Source of the DNA: an uncultured Bacilli bacterium
Lineage (GTDB): Bacteria; Bacillota_I; Bacilli_A; RFN20; CAG-826
Reading direction: 5' to 3'
Length of the DNA stretch: 64,000 nt
NCBI GenBank assembly: GCA_905236715.1
Contig: CAJOMQ010000001.1
Location: 110,015-174,014 of the forward strand
The notes beneath the pieces are model-generated. The model made no database searches, was not told the origin of the DNA, and saw only the letters and a program-made list of their open reading frames with translations. Shown here in pieces: positions 10,149 through 19,776 of the stretch. How positions within the stretch are numbered: the stretch's first letter is position 1; each line of letters opens with the position of its first letter. The translations under genes were made by a program, and so were the position numbers.

Positions 10149-12830
10149 TTAATCGTTAATACCAATGAAGATATATTCTTCTGGTTCCGCTGATTTGGAC
10201 TTGGATTGGGTTGGTTTATTTTTCTTTTTACGTTTGAATTTACTGGTAAATTTCTCCGTATTAACCTTGCTAAATAATTTATAAAAGATTTGGCTTAATG
10301 GACCAAATAAGCAAGTGACAAAGGCTAAAACAAACGCGGCACCAAAAGCAATGATAAGGAAGACCCAAGAACCATTGATAGGACCGAATCCAAAGAAATT
10401 AATCATTAAATAGATGGCTAAGCCGGTAATAGCAAGCATTGGATAGAAAGCTAAGGATGTGCCTTTTTCCATAATCGCTTGTCTATTTTCAAAGGAACGA
10501 TCATGTGTTTTGTCTTCTAAGACAAGCTCTCTTTCTTTGTTCATGAAGATAATTTCTATAATGAATGTAAAGAAAGCAATAAATGGTAAGGCTACCGCCG
10601 CATAAGAAGTAACGGTTAATCTCGTTAAAGCAAAGATACCTAGGACGGTCACAGAAGTCGCTAAAGGCGCTAATAAGGCGATAATGCCACGCGATAAACG
10701 ATATCTCAATAAGAGATATAATCCCGCGACAGCCGTTCCTACTAAGGTGCCCCAGAAGATGGGCATAAAGGCGGGAATCGCTGTGGAATTAACAGCCACA
10801 TTCAATTTAATGGAAGCATTGACATTCGGATCAACATCTTCTAAACGTTTTTCGATTAAACGATCTAAACCTTCATAATCATAGGAATAGACTTTGTTAT
10901 CGGAAGCATCGAGGAAATAACCATTATATTGATTTAAATCAATATCGCTGCTTAATTTGACAACATAATAATTATATGTAATGACTTCCATCACTTCATA
11001 ATCGGTATCAACACGAGTTTGATAATCAATATTTAAATCATTATTGGCATCTAAAGCGATGTAATTGTCTAATGTTTTCGCACTATCTTCGTTTTCACCT
11101 TGATAGACGTAGATGCTTGTTAAAGCTTCTTCGATTTTATTTAAATTCAAATCAGTGTCTTTTGTGGTGGTTTCAATGTAGATTTGGCTCGCTAAATGAT
11201 TGCTACCATTATTGAAGATAACACCATTATTGACAGCACCGAAAACGGATAAGCCAGCAATACCAGCTAATAAAGCTACCGCGGCAATAATACCTGCGGG
11301 TTTGCTCTTTTTGGTGAAGTTTCTATCAGCATAAGGACCGAAATAAGTTTGTTTTTCTTCCTTAATGAGATTAGGAACTTTTTCATTATCAACACCAAAA
11401 TAATTGTATTTACCTTGTAATTTGGTGGTATTAGTGGCTAACCACATCATACCTCTTAACACTAATGTGTTAGCAATTAAGGAAATCAAGCCACCTAAAA
11501 CAGCGACAACAGCAAATCCTCTCATTATCGGACCGCCGAAAATGTAAGAGAAGACACCAATGGCCACTAAAGCGACGTGAATATCAACGACGGGTAATAA
11601 AGCTTTTTTGGCGCCTTCAGAATTCGCTTTCTTTAAGCTTCTGCCACGATAGCATTCTTCTTTGAATTTGGTGGTATAAATAACGCCACTAGCTAAAGAG
11701 GCAACGGCAACGGCTAAGAAGGCAATTAAAGTGGCCAAATTAAATTCCGCGGAGAAAATAATAATCATGCCAATGGCGCCATAAACAGAACCTAAAGTGG
11801 TCACAATATTAGCGATAGCACCTAAACGATATAACACCACTAATAATAAAGATATCACCGCGATTCCCACTAAAGTGGCGGTTAAGGTCTTGCTCCAAGC
11901 GACATTATTATCAATATTGATAATTTCATCTGCCCAAGCACCGATAATGTTGTCATATAAATAGGTCACTTTATAATCTAATGAACCGGAATTAATTAAA
12001 TTAATATAGAATTTAGCGGTGTCGTAGGCTCTTTTGACTTCGCTCGCTTCATAAGCGGAATTACCATTGACATCTTGAATATTGACATAGGTCTTTAAAT
12101 ATTCAATTTTGCTATCTTCTTCTTCCTTCATGCCTTCGATATCGAATTTCATGAATAATTTTTCCGCCACGTGAGCGTCATATTCTTCACTCGATTGTTG
12201 GGTTTTGGCATAGGTATCGGTATCAGGATCATAATCGTGCCACATATAAACATAATAAGATGTGGTCGCTTCTTCACCTTCACCAGTGGTTTCACCAGCA
12301 TCAGCGTTATTTTCATCTTTATAAGTTTTCACAACTTCGTAAATCTTATTAATATCGCCATCGGCTTTCACAGGAATATAAATAGCGGGAACATTTTGTT
12401 CAGTTTCCATGTAAGCTTTTTCGCTGGAAAGGAATTCATCACCAATAACGGCGGAACCATCACCATCCACTTTGGAAGTTAAAGCGAGGGTACCATTAAA
12501 GGCTAAGAGGGTTTTTATATTGTTATAATTAGAGGCTGTGTCTTGTTTTAATTCGACGGTAATGGTGTCATATCCTTGGGTAGAAACACGATATTGAGTA
12601 ACGCCTTGCATTTCTAATCTTTGAATCATCTTTTCCGCGATATTATCCACCGCTGTGGTATCACTCCAATCGTTTTCGGCATTATCTTTGTCAGAAACAC
12701 GGAAAACTAATTTGCGACCTTCCGCATATTCGATATTGCCATTCACTTTACTAAAGACATTGGCAAAACTAGCACCCATTGCCACAACGGAAGTGAACGC
12801 TAGCAATATATAGGACCATAACCTTCTCAT
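10149..12830 (-). CDS. secDF: Divergent SecDF fusion protein
   Basis: Two repeats of TM1 + large extracellular domain + 5 TMs; GNIEYAEG resembles the GLDL.GG motif; KFKEE..RGRSLKKA..EG; ruvAB-secDF-recJ synteny; AGGAGG before ATG 12830. Confidence 0.82.
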   Translation of the reverse strand: MRRLWSYILLAFTSVVAMGASFANVFSKVNGNIEYAEGRKLVFRVSDKDNAENDWSDTTAVDNIAEKMIQRLEMQGVTQYRVSTQGYDTITVELKQDTASNYNNIKTLLAFNGTLALTSKVDGDGSAVIGDEFLSSEKAYMETEQNVPAIYIPVKADGDINKIYEVVKTYKDENNADAGETTGEGEEATTSYYVYMWHDYDPDTDTYAKTQQSSEEYDAHVAEKLFMKFDIEGMKEEEDSKIEYLKTYVNIQDVNGNSAYEASEVKRAYDTAKFYINLINSGSLDYKVTYLYDNIIGAWADEIINIDNNVAWSKTLTATLVGIAVISLLLVVLYRLGAIANIVTTLGSVYGAIGMIIIFSAEFNLATLIAFLAVAVASLASGVIYTTKFKEECYRGRSLKKANSEGAKKALLPVVDIHVALVAIGVFSYIFGGPIMRGFAVVAVLGGLISLIANTLVLRGMMWLATNTTKLQGKYNYFGVDNEKVPNLIKEEKQTYFGPYADRNFTKKSKPAGIIAAVALLAGIAGLSVFGAVNNGVIFNNGSNHLASQIYIETTTKDTDLNLNKIEEALTSIYVYQGENEDSAKTLDNYIALDANNDLNIDYQTRVDTDYEVMEVITYNYYVVKLSSDIDLNQYNGYFLDASDNKVYSYDYEGLDRLIEKRLEDVDPNVNASIKLNVAVNSTAIPAFMPIFWGTLVGTAVAGLYLLLRYRLSRGIIALLAPLATSVTVLGIFALTRLTVTSYAAVALPFIAFFTFIIEIIFMNKERELVLEDKTHDRSFENRQAIMEKGTSLAFYPMLAITGLAIYLMINFFGFGPINGSWVFLIIAFGAAFVLAFVTCLFGPLSQIFYKLFSKVNTEKFTSKFKRKKKNKPTQSKSKSAEPEEYIFIGIND

Positions 12831-12978
12831 GTGTGTAATCCTCCTACGTAATAAAAACCTCGCGCTTACGCGGCTTTTAATACAATATACTAATTGTATT
12901 CGCTTTTCAACATTTTTTATGCGCGTGTATGTGAGAAAAAGAAAAAACACGGTAGAACCACCGCGCTTTTAGGAAAAA

Positions 12979-13983
12979 TTAAAATAATTTTTCTTGATGA
13001 CTTATTTGTAGATGTTTATAGGCTTTATCATTGGCGACACGACCTCTCGGGGTCCGATCGATAAAACCAATTTGTAAAAGATATGGTTCATAAACATCTT
13101 CTAAATTCATGATTTCTTCCCCAATGGCGTTCGCTAAAGTTTCTAAACCGACGGGGCCACCTTTAAATCTTTCAATTAAGGTTCTTAAATAACGGATATC
13201 GACATCATCTAAACCGATGGAATCCACTTTTAAGGCATCAAGAGCGTGTAAAGCATCATCGATTTCGATTTCATCTTTACCAGCAAAATTAGCAAAGTCT
13301 CTCACTCTTCTAAATAAACGATTCGCAATACGTGGGGTTCCACGACTTCTTTTCGCAATTTCAATGGCAGCTTCTGGACTAATTTTTGTATGCAAAACCC
13401 TAGCGGTTCTTTCCACGATTTCGACGATTTCATCTTGGTCATAGAAATGCAATTTTTCGGTAATACCGAAACGAGCACGTAAAGGCGCACTTAAATCACC
13501 AGCTCTGGTGGTCGCACCAATGAGGGTAAAAGGAGGTAAATCTAAAGTCAGAGCTTTCCCACTAGCGTCGCGATTTATCACAACGGAAAATTTGAAATCT
13601 TCCATCGCGGTATATAAAGATTCTTCGACGATGCGTGGCAAGCGATGAATTTCATCAATAAAGAGAATATCACCAGGTTCTAGCGCGGTTAAAATAGCTG
13701 CTAAATCACCGGTTTTTTCAATGCTTGGCCCACTGACAGCGTGCACATGAGCGTGCATTTCATTACCAATAACATAGGCTAAAGTTGTTTTACCTAAGCC
13801 GGGAGGGCCATAGAAAAGGAGGTGATCAAGACATTCATTACGATGTAATGCCGCACCGATAAAAACGGTGAGATTCTTTTTCAAATCTTTTTGGCCGACA
13901 TATTCATCAAGGTGCTGAGGCCTGAGGGTTAATTCTTCTTGGGCATCAGTGGCGTTTGGATGAGCATCAAGTAATCTCGACAT
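12979..13983 (-). CDS. ruvB: Holliday junction helicase RuvB
   Basis: LRPQ.LDEYVGQ, GPPGLGKTTLA, FIDEIHRL, GATTRAG, SRGTPRIANRL. Confidence 0.98.
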   Translation of the reverse strand: MSRLLDAHPNATDAQEELTLRPQHLDEYVGQKDLKKNLTVFIGAALHRNECLDHLLFYGPPGLGKTTLAYVIGNEMHAHVHAVSGPSIEKTGDLAAILTALEPGDILFIDEIHRLPRIVEESLYTAMEDFKFSVVINRDASGKALTLDLPPFTLIGATTRAGDLSAPLRARFGITEKLHFYDQDEIVEIVERTARVLHTKISPEAAIEIAKRSRGTPRIANRLFRRVRDFANFAGKDEIEIDDALHALDALKVDSIGLDDVDIRYLRTLIERFKGGPVGLETLANAIGEEIMNLEDVYEPYLLQIGFIDRTPRGRVANDKAYKHLQISHQEKLF

Positions 13984-13985
13984 AT

Positions 13986-14537
13986 TTATTTCCTCAATTT
14001 GGCTAAGGCAATTCTTAAGACATCTTCGGCCTTGGCGTCTGGTTCATTAATGGTGGCTAAAACGCGGTCAATAGCCGCTCCTTTAAAGCCAAGCTCTTTA
14101 AGAGCTTCATAAACTTCTTCATAGACACCGGGGTCACCTTTAGAGCCTGTTAATTCACCTTTTAAATCTAAAATTATTTGGGCAGCAGCTTTGCCACCAA
14201 TACCTGGTAATTTCTTTAAATAGGCGACGTTATTGCTCGCAATCGCATTGATGACTTGTTGTGGGGTCGTAGCCGCTAAAGCACCAATCGCGGATTTAGG
14301 GCCTAAGCCTTTGACTTTAATTAAAGAGAGAAAGACCGCTTTTTCTTCGAGAGTTCGAAAGCCCACCAGATATTGGTCATCTTCTCGCACTACTTCATAA
14401 GTATAAACAAAAGCTTCTTCACCGATTTCATAATCATCTAAATGACTCACCAATACTTGATAGCCGACATTGTTGACATCAATAATGACCGTATCACCAT
14501 CAATATGGGCGACTTTTCCTCGTAAAAAATAGATCAT
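13986..14537 (-). CDS. ruvA: Holliday junction binding protein RuvA
   Basis: MIYFLRG, VREDD..LVGF, VKGLGPKSA, PGIGGKAA.QIILDLKG. Confidence 0.96.
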   Translation of the reverse strand: MIYFLRGKVAHIDGDTVIIDVNNVGYQVLVSHLDDYEIGEEAFVYTYEVVREDDQYLVGFRTLEEKAVFLSLIKVKGLGPKSAIGALAATTPQQVINAIASNNVAYLKKLPGIGGKAAAQIILDLKGELTGSKGDPGVYEEVYEALKELGFKGAAIDRVLATINEPDAKAEDVLRIALAKLRK

Positions 14538-14549
14538 AATTCTCCTTCC

Positions 14550-14648
14550 TTATTTATAAATAAAAATAAATAATATGACAATAATAATGGCTAATAATCC
14601 CGCCACCAGGGAAGCAATAATTGTGGGAATATTCTTTTCTTCTTTCAT
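14550..14648 (-). CDS. 32-aa single-TM small protein (MKEEKNIPTIIASLVAGLLAIIIVILFIFIYK)
   Basis: Fills the nadE-ruvA gap exactly; ATG 1 nt after the nadE stop; one hydrophobic helix. Confidence 0.6.
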   Translation of the reverse strand: MKEEKNIPTIIASLVAGLLAIIIVILFIFIYK

Positions 14649-14649
14649 A

Positions 14650-15387
14650 TTAATCACGCTTAAAATCGATAGGCGCAGGTATTTCATCGCGTTTATGTTG
14701 ACTGATGCGGTGTAATTGTAAGATTCTTTCTTCGGTTTTTTCATCGACTTTTTCACCACTTAGATATTTATCTAAATCAGCATAAGTAACACCCATTTCT
14801 TGTTCATCAGTTTGGCCCATAAATAAACCTGCAGTTGGGGTTCTTTCCGCTAGATGAGTGGGAACGCCAAGCATTTTACTAGCTTCCACTACTTCTTTTT
14901 TTAGTAAATGACAGATGGGCAATAAATCAGCGGCCCCATCACCCCATTTGGTGAAATAGCCAGTATATCTTTCATCTTTGTTATCAGTGCCTAAGACTAA
15001 ACCTCGATGATTTTGGGCATAAGCATATAGAATCGACATACGAAGACGAACTTTTAAGTTCGAACAAGTAGCTTTATCAAGGATAATCCCTTGTTTAGCG
15101 TATAAATCAATAAGATTATGATATGGTTCACTAGCGTCGATAACTAGATAAGAAAGATCTAAAGTTTTCGCTAATTCTAAAGCATCATTTAAATCAGAAG
15201 GATGGGAATCAATGGGCATCATAATGCACATGAGTTTTTCTTTACCAACCGCTTTTTTGGCTAAAGCGGCCACTAAAGAAGAATCAACACCACCCGAAAG
15301 ACCTAAAACATAAGTATCCATTTTGGTTTTGGTTAATGTTTCTTGTAAAAAAGTAACGATGACATCTAAATATTGTTCTAATTTCAT
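14650..15387 (-). CDS. nadE: NH3-dependent NAD+ synthetase
   Basis: LGLSGGVDS, NLKVRLRM, GTDNKDE..TGYFTKWGDG, PTAGLF.GQTDE; no glutaminase domain; start at ATG 15387. Confidence 0.95.
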   Translation of the reverse strand: MKLEQYLDVIVTFLQETLTKTKMDTYVLGLSGGVDSSLVAALAKKAVGKEKLMCIMMPIDSHPSDLNDALELAKTLDLSYLVIDASEPYHNLIDLYAKQGIILDKATCSNLKVRLRMSILYAYAQNHRGLVLGTDNKDERYTGYFTKWGDGAADLLPICHLLKKEVVEASKMLGVPTHLAERTPTAGLFMGQTDEQEMGVTYADLDKYLSGEKVDEKTEERILQLHRISQHKRDEIPAPIDFKRD

Positions 15388-15388
15388 A

Positions 15389-16663
15389 TTAACGATAATA
15401 ATCGAAGGCAAAATCGTCTAAATAGACGGTATCGCCATCTTCAGCCCCCATTCTTTCTAATTCATCATCAACGCGTAACGCTCTTAAACGTTTCATCAAG
15501 ACCATCATCCCATCATCGGTGGAAATATTGGTCATCTTATAAAATTTAATAATTTTATCACCTAAGATACGGAAATTATGAGCGTCGATACGTTGAATAG
15601 AAAATTCTTTTTCATCTTCCAAAACATATAATTTGTTATCAAGTTGCTCACTATCCATATCATATAAGGGGAAGGTGGGCGTTTTTTCTAATAAATCAGC
15701 GGCTTGGAAAATTAATTCTTCAATACCTTGTTCGGTTAAGGCAGAAATACCAATAATCGGTTTTTTGATTTGCTTTTCTAATTTCGCTAATCTCTCAGTT
15801 GCCCCTTCTTCATCCATTTTACTCGCCACAAGAATAACGGGTCTTTTTTCTAAACCAAAACCATATGATTTTAATTCGTTATTGATGATTTGATAATCTT
15901 GATATGGGTCACGACCTGATTCTCCCATATCTAGGATATGGATGATGACACGGCATCTTTCAATATGACGCAAGAATTGTAATCCCAACCCTTTACCTTC
16001 ATGTGCCCCTTCAATTAATCCGGGTAAATCCGCCATCACAAAGGAACGATTGTCTTTGGTATTAACAACACCAAGATTAGGGACAATAGTTGTAAAAGGA
16101 TAATCAGCGATTTCGGGTTTAGCGGCACTGACAACACTTAAAAGAGTGGATTTACCAACACTTGGAAAGCCAACTAAACCGACATCCGCTAATAATTTTA
16201 ATTCAAGAATTAAACGCTTTCTTTCTCCTGGTTCCCCGTTTTCGGCCACTTTGGGAGCGCGATTGGTGGGTGTCTTAAAGCAAGAATTGCCTCGACCACC
16301 ACGACCGCCTTTAGCGACCACCAAAGTTTTTCCTTCTTCATTTAAATCACCGATAAATTGATGATCTTCTTCCTGAAAAACAACTGTACCAATAGGTACT
16401 TCGACGATTAAATCTTCAGCGTATTTCCCAAATTGGTTTTTAATCCCGCCTTTTTCACCATCATCAGCAATAAAAGCTTTGCTGTGGCGAAAATTAAAAA
16501 GGGTATTGATGTGACTAGTAGCACGAAAAATGACAGAACCACCACGGCCACCATTGCCGCCAGCGGGTCCACCATTAGGACGATATTTTTCACGTAAAAA
16601 CGCGATAGCGCCATCGCCACCTTTACCACTTCTTACTTCAATTACTGCGCGATCAATAAACAT
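15389..16663 (-). CDS. obgE: GTPase Obg/CgtA
   Basis: Gly-rich Obg fold, LELKLLADVGLVGFPSVGKST, ADYPFTT, DLPGLIEGA, FLRHIER. Confidence 0.98.
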   Translation of the reverse strand: MFIDRAVIEVRSGKGGDGAIAFLREKYRPNGGPAGGNGGRGGSVIFRATSHINTLFNFRHSKAFIADDGEKGGIKNQFGKYAEDLIVEVPIGTVVFQEEDHQFIGDLNEEGKTLVVAKGGRGGRGNSCFKTPTNRAPKVAENGEPGERKRLILELKLLADVGLVGFPSVGKSTLLSVVSAAKPEIADYPFTTIVPNLGVVNTKDNRSFVMADLPGLIEGAHEGKGLGLQFLRHIERCRVIIHILDMGESGRDPYQDYQIINNELKSYGFGLEKRPVILVASKMDEEGATERLAKLEKQIKKPIIGISALTEQGIEELIFQAADLLEKTPTFPLYDMDSEQLDNKLYVLEDEKEFSIQRIDAHNFRILGDKIIKFYKMTNISTDDGMMVLMKRLRALRVDDELERMGAEDGDTVYLDDFAFDYYR

Positions 16664-16665
16664 AA

Positions 16666-17622
16666 TTATTTTTTAATAATTTCCTTGATAATAACACTGG
16701 GACGATGTTGTGATTCTTCCACGATTTTCGCGGTATATAAAGAAATAACAGTGAGCATCGTGCCTAAACAGAACGCTAATAGCAATAAAACATTAATAAT
16801 TAACCAGCCCCAATATCCCACTTCGCTGAGGAAATAATTTATTTCACAAGCTTGTAAGATGAATAAGACTAATTCAGCAATACCAGAACAAATAAATAAA
16901 GCCAAGATAATTAAAGTGACGGGTAAAGACCAACTAAGGGGTTTGGTGGATAAACTAGTGATAGAACTAGTTGCAAGGTTAACCATTGCTTTAAAAGGAT
17001 AATGACTCTTCCCTTTCGCTCTTTTTTGACGGACAAATTGAATTTCACAACTCTTGAAGCCCACAAAAGGTATTTCAATTCTTAAAACACGATTGGTTTC
17101 AGGTAAGTTATTGATAGTATCCACGACTTTTTTATCTAAAAGACGGAAATTATTAACGTTTTGGGGGATTTTCACCTTTGGTGATAATTTTTCTAAAATC
17201 CGATAATATAAGCCCGCGGATTGACGTTTGAAAGCGGTGTCTTTTTTTCTAGAGACTCTTTTAGCGTTAACGACATCATATCCTTCTTCCCATTTTTCAA
17301 TTAAAAGAGGAATAAGTTCTGGCGGATCTTGTAAATCCGCATCCATCGGGATAGCGCAATCTCCGGTGGCGGTTAATAATCCCGCACTTAAAGCGGCTTC
17401 TTGTCCCCAGTTACGAGATAAATCAATAATGACTAAGTGGTCATTTTTTTCTTGTTCTTGCTTTAGCAAAGTTAAAGTATCATCACTGCTCCCATCATTG
17501 ATGCAGATGATTTCGTATTCATAACCATTTAATTTGGTTAATATTTCTTGGACTTTTTCCATATATAAAGAAACCATGGGGGCTTCGTTATACATTGGGG
17601 TAATTAAAGAAATTTTCTTCAT
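16666..17622 (-). CDS. GT2 polyisoprenyl-phosphate glycosyltransferase (GtrB/YkcC-like)
   Basis: PMYNE, NDGSSD, LSRNWGQEAAL, MDADLQDPP, two C-terminal TMs. Confidence 0.9.
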   Translation of the reverse strand: MKKISLITPMYNEAPMVSLYMEKVQEILTKLNGYEYEIICINDGSSDDTLTLLKQEQEKNDHLVIIDLSRNWGQEAALSAGLLTATGDCAIPMDADLQDPPELIPLLIEKWEEGYDVVNAKRVSRKKDTAFKRQSAGLYYRILEKLSPKVKIPQNVNNFRLLDKKVVDTINNLPETNRVLRIEIPFVGFKSCEIQFVRQKRAKGKSHYPFKAMVNLATSSITSLSTKPLSWSLPVTLIILALFICSGIAELVLFILQACEINYFLSEVGYWGWLIINVLLLLAFCLGTMLTVISLYTAKIVEESQHRPSVIIKEIIKK

Positions 17623-17704
17623 AAATTATTCCTTATGTATATTATAAATATAAATAAGAAAAAAGACCACATTTTATGCGGTCTTTAGTAAACTTTTTCT
17701 CTTC

Positions 17705-17989
17705 TTAATCGCTTGGGATAACTTTCACAGAAGTGCGATTTTTACCTAAACGTTCGTATTTGACAATGCCAGAAGCAGTGGCAAAAACGGTATCATCTTT
17801 ACCTAATTTGGTATTGGCACCTGGATAGATTTTGGTTCCTCTTTGACGATAGATAATAGAACCAGCGTGGCACCATTGACCATCGGCGACTTTCGCGCCT
17901 AAACGACGACCAGCGGAATCACGACCATTTTTCGTGGAACCGACACCTTTTTTACTAGCGAAGAGTTGTAAATTTAATTTAATCATCAT
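17705..17989 (-). CDS. rpmA: 50S ribosomal protein L27 with Prp-cleaved N-terminal extension
   Basis: [35 protein letters not shown] upstream of ATG 17989. Confidence 0.97.
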   Translation of the reverse strand: MMIKLNLQLFASKKGVGSTKNGRDSAGRRLGAKVADGQWCHAGSIIYRQRGTKIYPGANTKLGKDDTVFATASGIVKYERLGKNRTSVKVIPSD

Positions 17990-18005
17990 AATGACTACAC
18001 CCTTT

Positions 18006-18311
18006 CTATAGATTTTTGATTTGTATGAATTTGCCATATTCCGAAGCGATGGCTTTTAAACCCACCAAGATGGAATCAATGACACCTTCATCGTGAGAAG
18101 AAAGAGAATTAAGAGCGTCTAATTTGTAATATCCATCGCGATATTCGAGATGAAAATCTTTTTCATTTTCAATCGCGTTGGTACATCCCGTTAAGATAGC
18201 ACTGACAGCAGCACAGACGAGATCATTGCCACATGGTGCACTATTAGCGTGCCCAGTGACTTCAAGGCTTTTAAATGCTTTTCCTTCCGTTTTGATTAAA
18301 ACTTTAATCAT
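18006..18311 (-). CDS. prp: Ribosomal-processing cysteine protease Prp
   Basis: GHA...G.DLVCAAVS catalytic His/Cys; located between rplU and rpmA. Confidence 0.93.
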   Translation of the reverse strand: MIKVLIKTEGKAFKSLEVTGHANSAPCGNDLVCAAVSAILTGCTNAIENEKDFHLEYRDGYYKLDALNSLSSHDEGVIDSILVGLKAIASEYGKFIQIKNL

Positions 18312-18313
18312 GA

Positions 18314-18619
18314 TTAGTTGATGCTTTCAATAACTAAGCAAGTATAAGGTTGACGGTGACCAATGGTCTTGCGTTCATTAGCTTTGCTCTTGTACTTGAA
18401 GACACGGATTTTTTTGCCTAATCCTTGTTTTTCGACTTTGGCAGTGACGGTAGCGCCAGCCACGTAAGGTGTACCGACTTTCGCTTTTTTATCTCCGACG
18501 AGGAGAACTTTATCGAAAGTCACGACATCACCGACATTGGCTTCGAGTTTTTCGACATAGATTTTTTGGCCAACTTCGACACGGACTTGTTTACCACCAG
18601 TTTCGATAATTGCGTACAT
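18314..18619 (-). CDS. rplU: 50S ribosomal protein L21
   Basis: [11 protein letters not shown]...GHRQPYT. Confidence 0.98.
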   Translation of the reverse strand: MYAIIETGGKQVRVEVGQKIYVEKLEANVGDVVTFDKVLLVGDKKAKVGTPYVAGATVTAKVEKQGLGKKIRVFKYKSKANERKTIGHRQPYTCLVIESIN

Positions 18620-18644
18620 AATGTCCCTCCTTTTTTAGATTCAC

Positions 18645-18722
18645 CAATTACTCGCTATTAAGGTAAATCTTAATAGATTTTTGCAAACCTTCTCTAGGCG
18701 GTTGTAGCTAGTGAGGCGACAA
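18645..18722 (-). promoter_or_regulatory. L21 ribosomal-protein leader RNA
   Basis: Minus-strand UAGCUACAACCGC...AGGUU...UACCU...GCGAGU pattern characteristic of the L21 leader; TTGCAC-18-TATATT promoter at 18759-18730. Confidence 0.75.
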
Positions 18723-18766
18723 CGCATGTAATATAACATAAGTTATAGATAATGTGCAATTATTTT

Positions 18767-19447
18767 TTATATGCGATGTTCTTTTTCTTCTAAAAATGAA
18801 TAATAGCCGCGTTCGGAAAAGATTAAATGGTCCATCAAAACAATATCCAATTTATCACATTTATGGGTTAACTCATTGGTGAATGATATATCTCTTTTCG
18901 AGGGTGTTAAATCATTGTTCGGGTGGTTGTGTATTATATAAAAATAATAACCGCGATGATTGATGATTTGTTTAAAAATTTCGCGATATGATATTGATAA
19001 ACGATTCGAAGAACCGATAAAAAGGGTAATTTCATGAACGATTTCTTTTCTTTTATTTAAGACAATTAAGATGAAATGTTCCTTTTCCTCTAATAACAAT
19101 TTATCGGCATATTTGTTATACAAGAAATCTGCGTTAACGGTTTCTTGAGCGAGCATAAATTCCTTTTCGCGATATCTTTTCGCCAAAGTGAAAATCGCCC
19201 CCAAATTTAAGGATTTGGCCACACTGATGCCTTTATATTCTTGTAATTCTTCCACGCTTTTATTGACCAAATAATATAAACCTTTAGCATCTTCTAATAG
19301 GTTTTTAGCGATGTCTAAAGCGGAATTATTTTTGCCCCCAGAACCGATTAAAAGGGCTAATAATTCTTCATTGGTCAATTGATCAATGCCATAGCGGAGA
19401 GCTTTTTCGCGTGGTCTTTCTTCTTTGGGCAGTTCTTTAATGAGCAT
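18767..19447 (-). CDS. radC: RadC (JAB domain) protein
   Basis: IKELP.EERPREK, ELLALLIGSG, HNHP...TPS.RD, DHLI; start at ATG 19447. Confidence 0.93.
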   Translation of the reverse strand: MLIKELPKEERPREKALRYGIDQLTNEELLALLIGSGGKNNSALDIAKNLLEDAKGLYYLVNKSVEELQEYKGISVAKSLNLGAIFTLAKRYREKEFMLAQETVNADFLYNKYADKLLLEEKEHFILIVLNKRKEIVHEITLFIGSSNRLSISYREIFKQIINHRGYYFYIIHNHPNNDLTPSKRDISFTNELTHKCDKLDIVLMDHLIFSERGYYSFLEEKEHRI

Positions 19448-19448
19448 T

Positions 19449-19634
19449 TTAATCCGCCCAAGAGAATTTCCAACCACCCGGAACGGCAGCACTACCTTTG
19501 CTGGATAGGAAAAGTTTATAAACCACCACCGCCATCACGGCAATCGCGACCACCGCCATCACCGCGGCTAAAGTAATAGCTTCTCCCACCACGCAATTTT
19601 CGAGTTCTTCTTTTTGCATTTGACGCATTTGCAT
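19449..19634 (-). CDS. 61-aa hydrophobic peptide with double-glycine-like leader
   Basis: Strong SD GAGGAGG; MRQMQKEELENCVVG leader followed by an Ala/Val-rich helix; stop 1 nt before the radC ATG. Confidence 0.75.
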   Translation of the reverse strand: MQMRQMQKEELENCVVGEAITLAAVMAVVAIAVMAVVVYKLFLSSKGSAAVPGGWKFSWAD

Positions 19635-19747
19635 ATTTTTACCTCCTCGGGGAATATCCCCTCATTAATCACATAGGGAAGAAAACGGCAAATTTGCCAA
19701 AAAAATTTTATCTTTTTGAAAAATATTTTTCTTTTATTACAAGTAAT

Positions 19748-19773
19748 AAAAAACCCGAAATAATTTCGGGCTT
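19748..19773 (-). terminator. Intrinsic terminator after valS
   Basis: CCCGAAAU/AUUUCGGG stem followed by U6. Confidence 0.8.
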
Positions 19774-19776
19774 AGA

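Noticed and set aside
19449..19634. Type IV/Flp pilin
   Set aside because: The hydrophobic helix is pilin-like, but there is no basic leader with G|F and no Glu at +5
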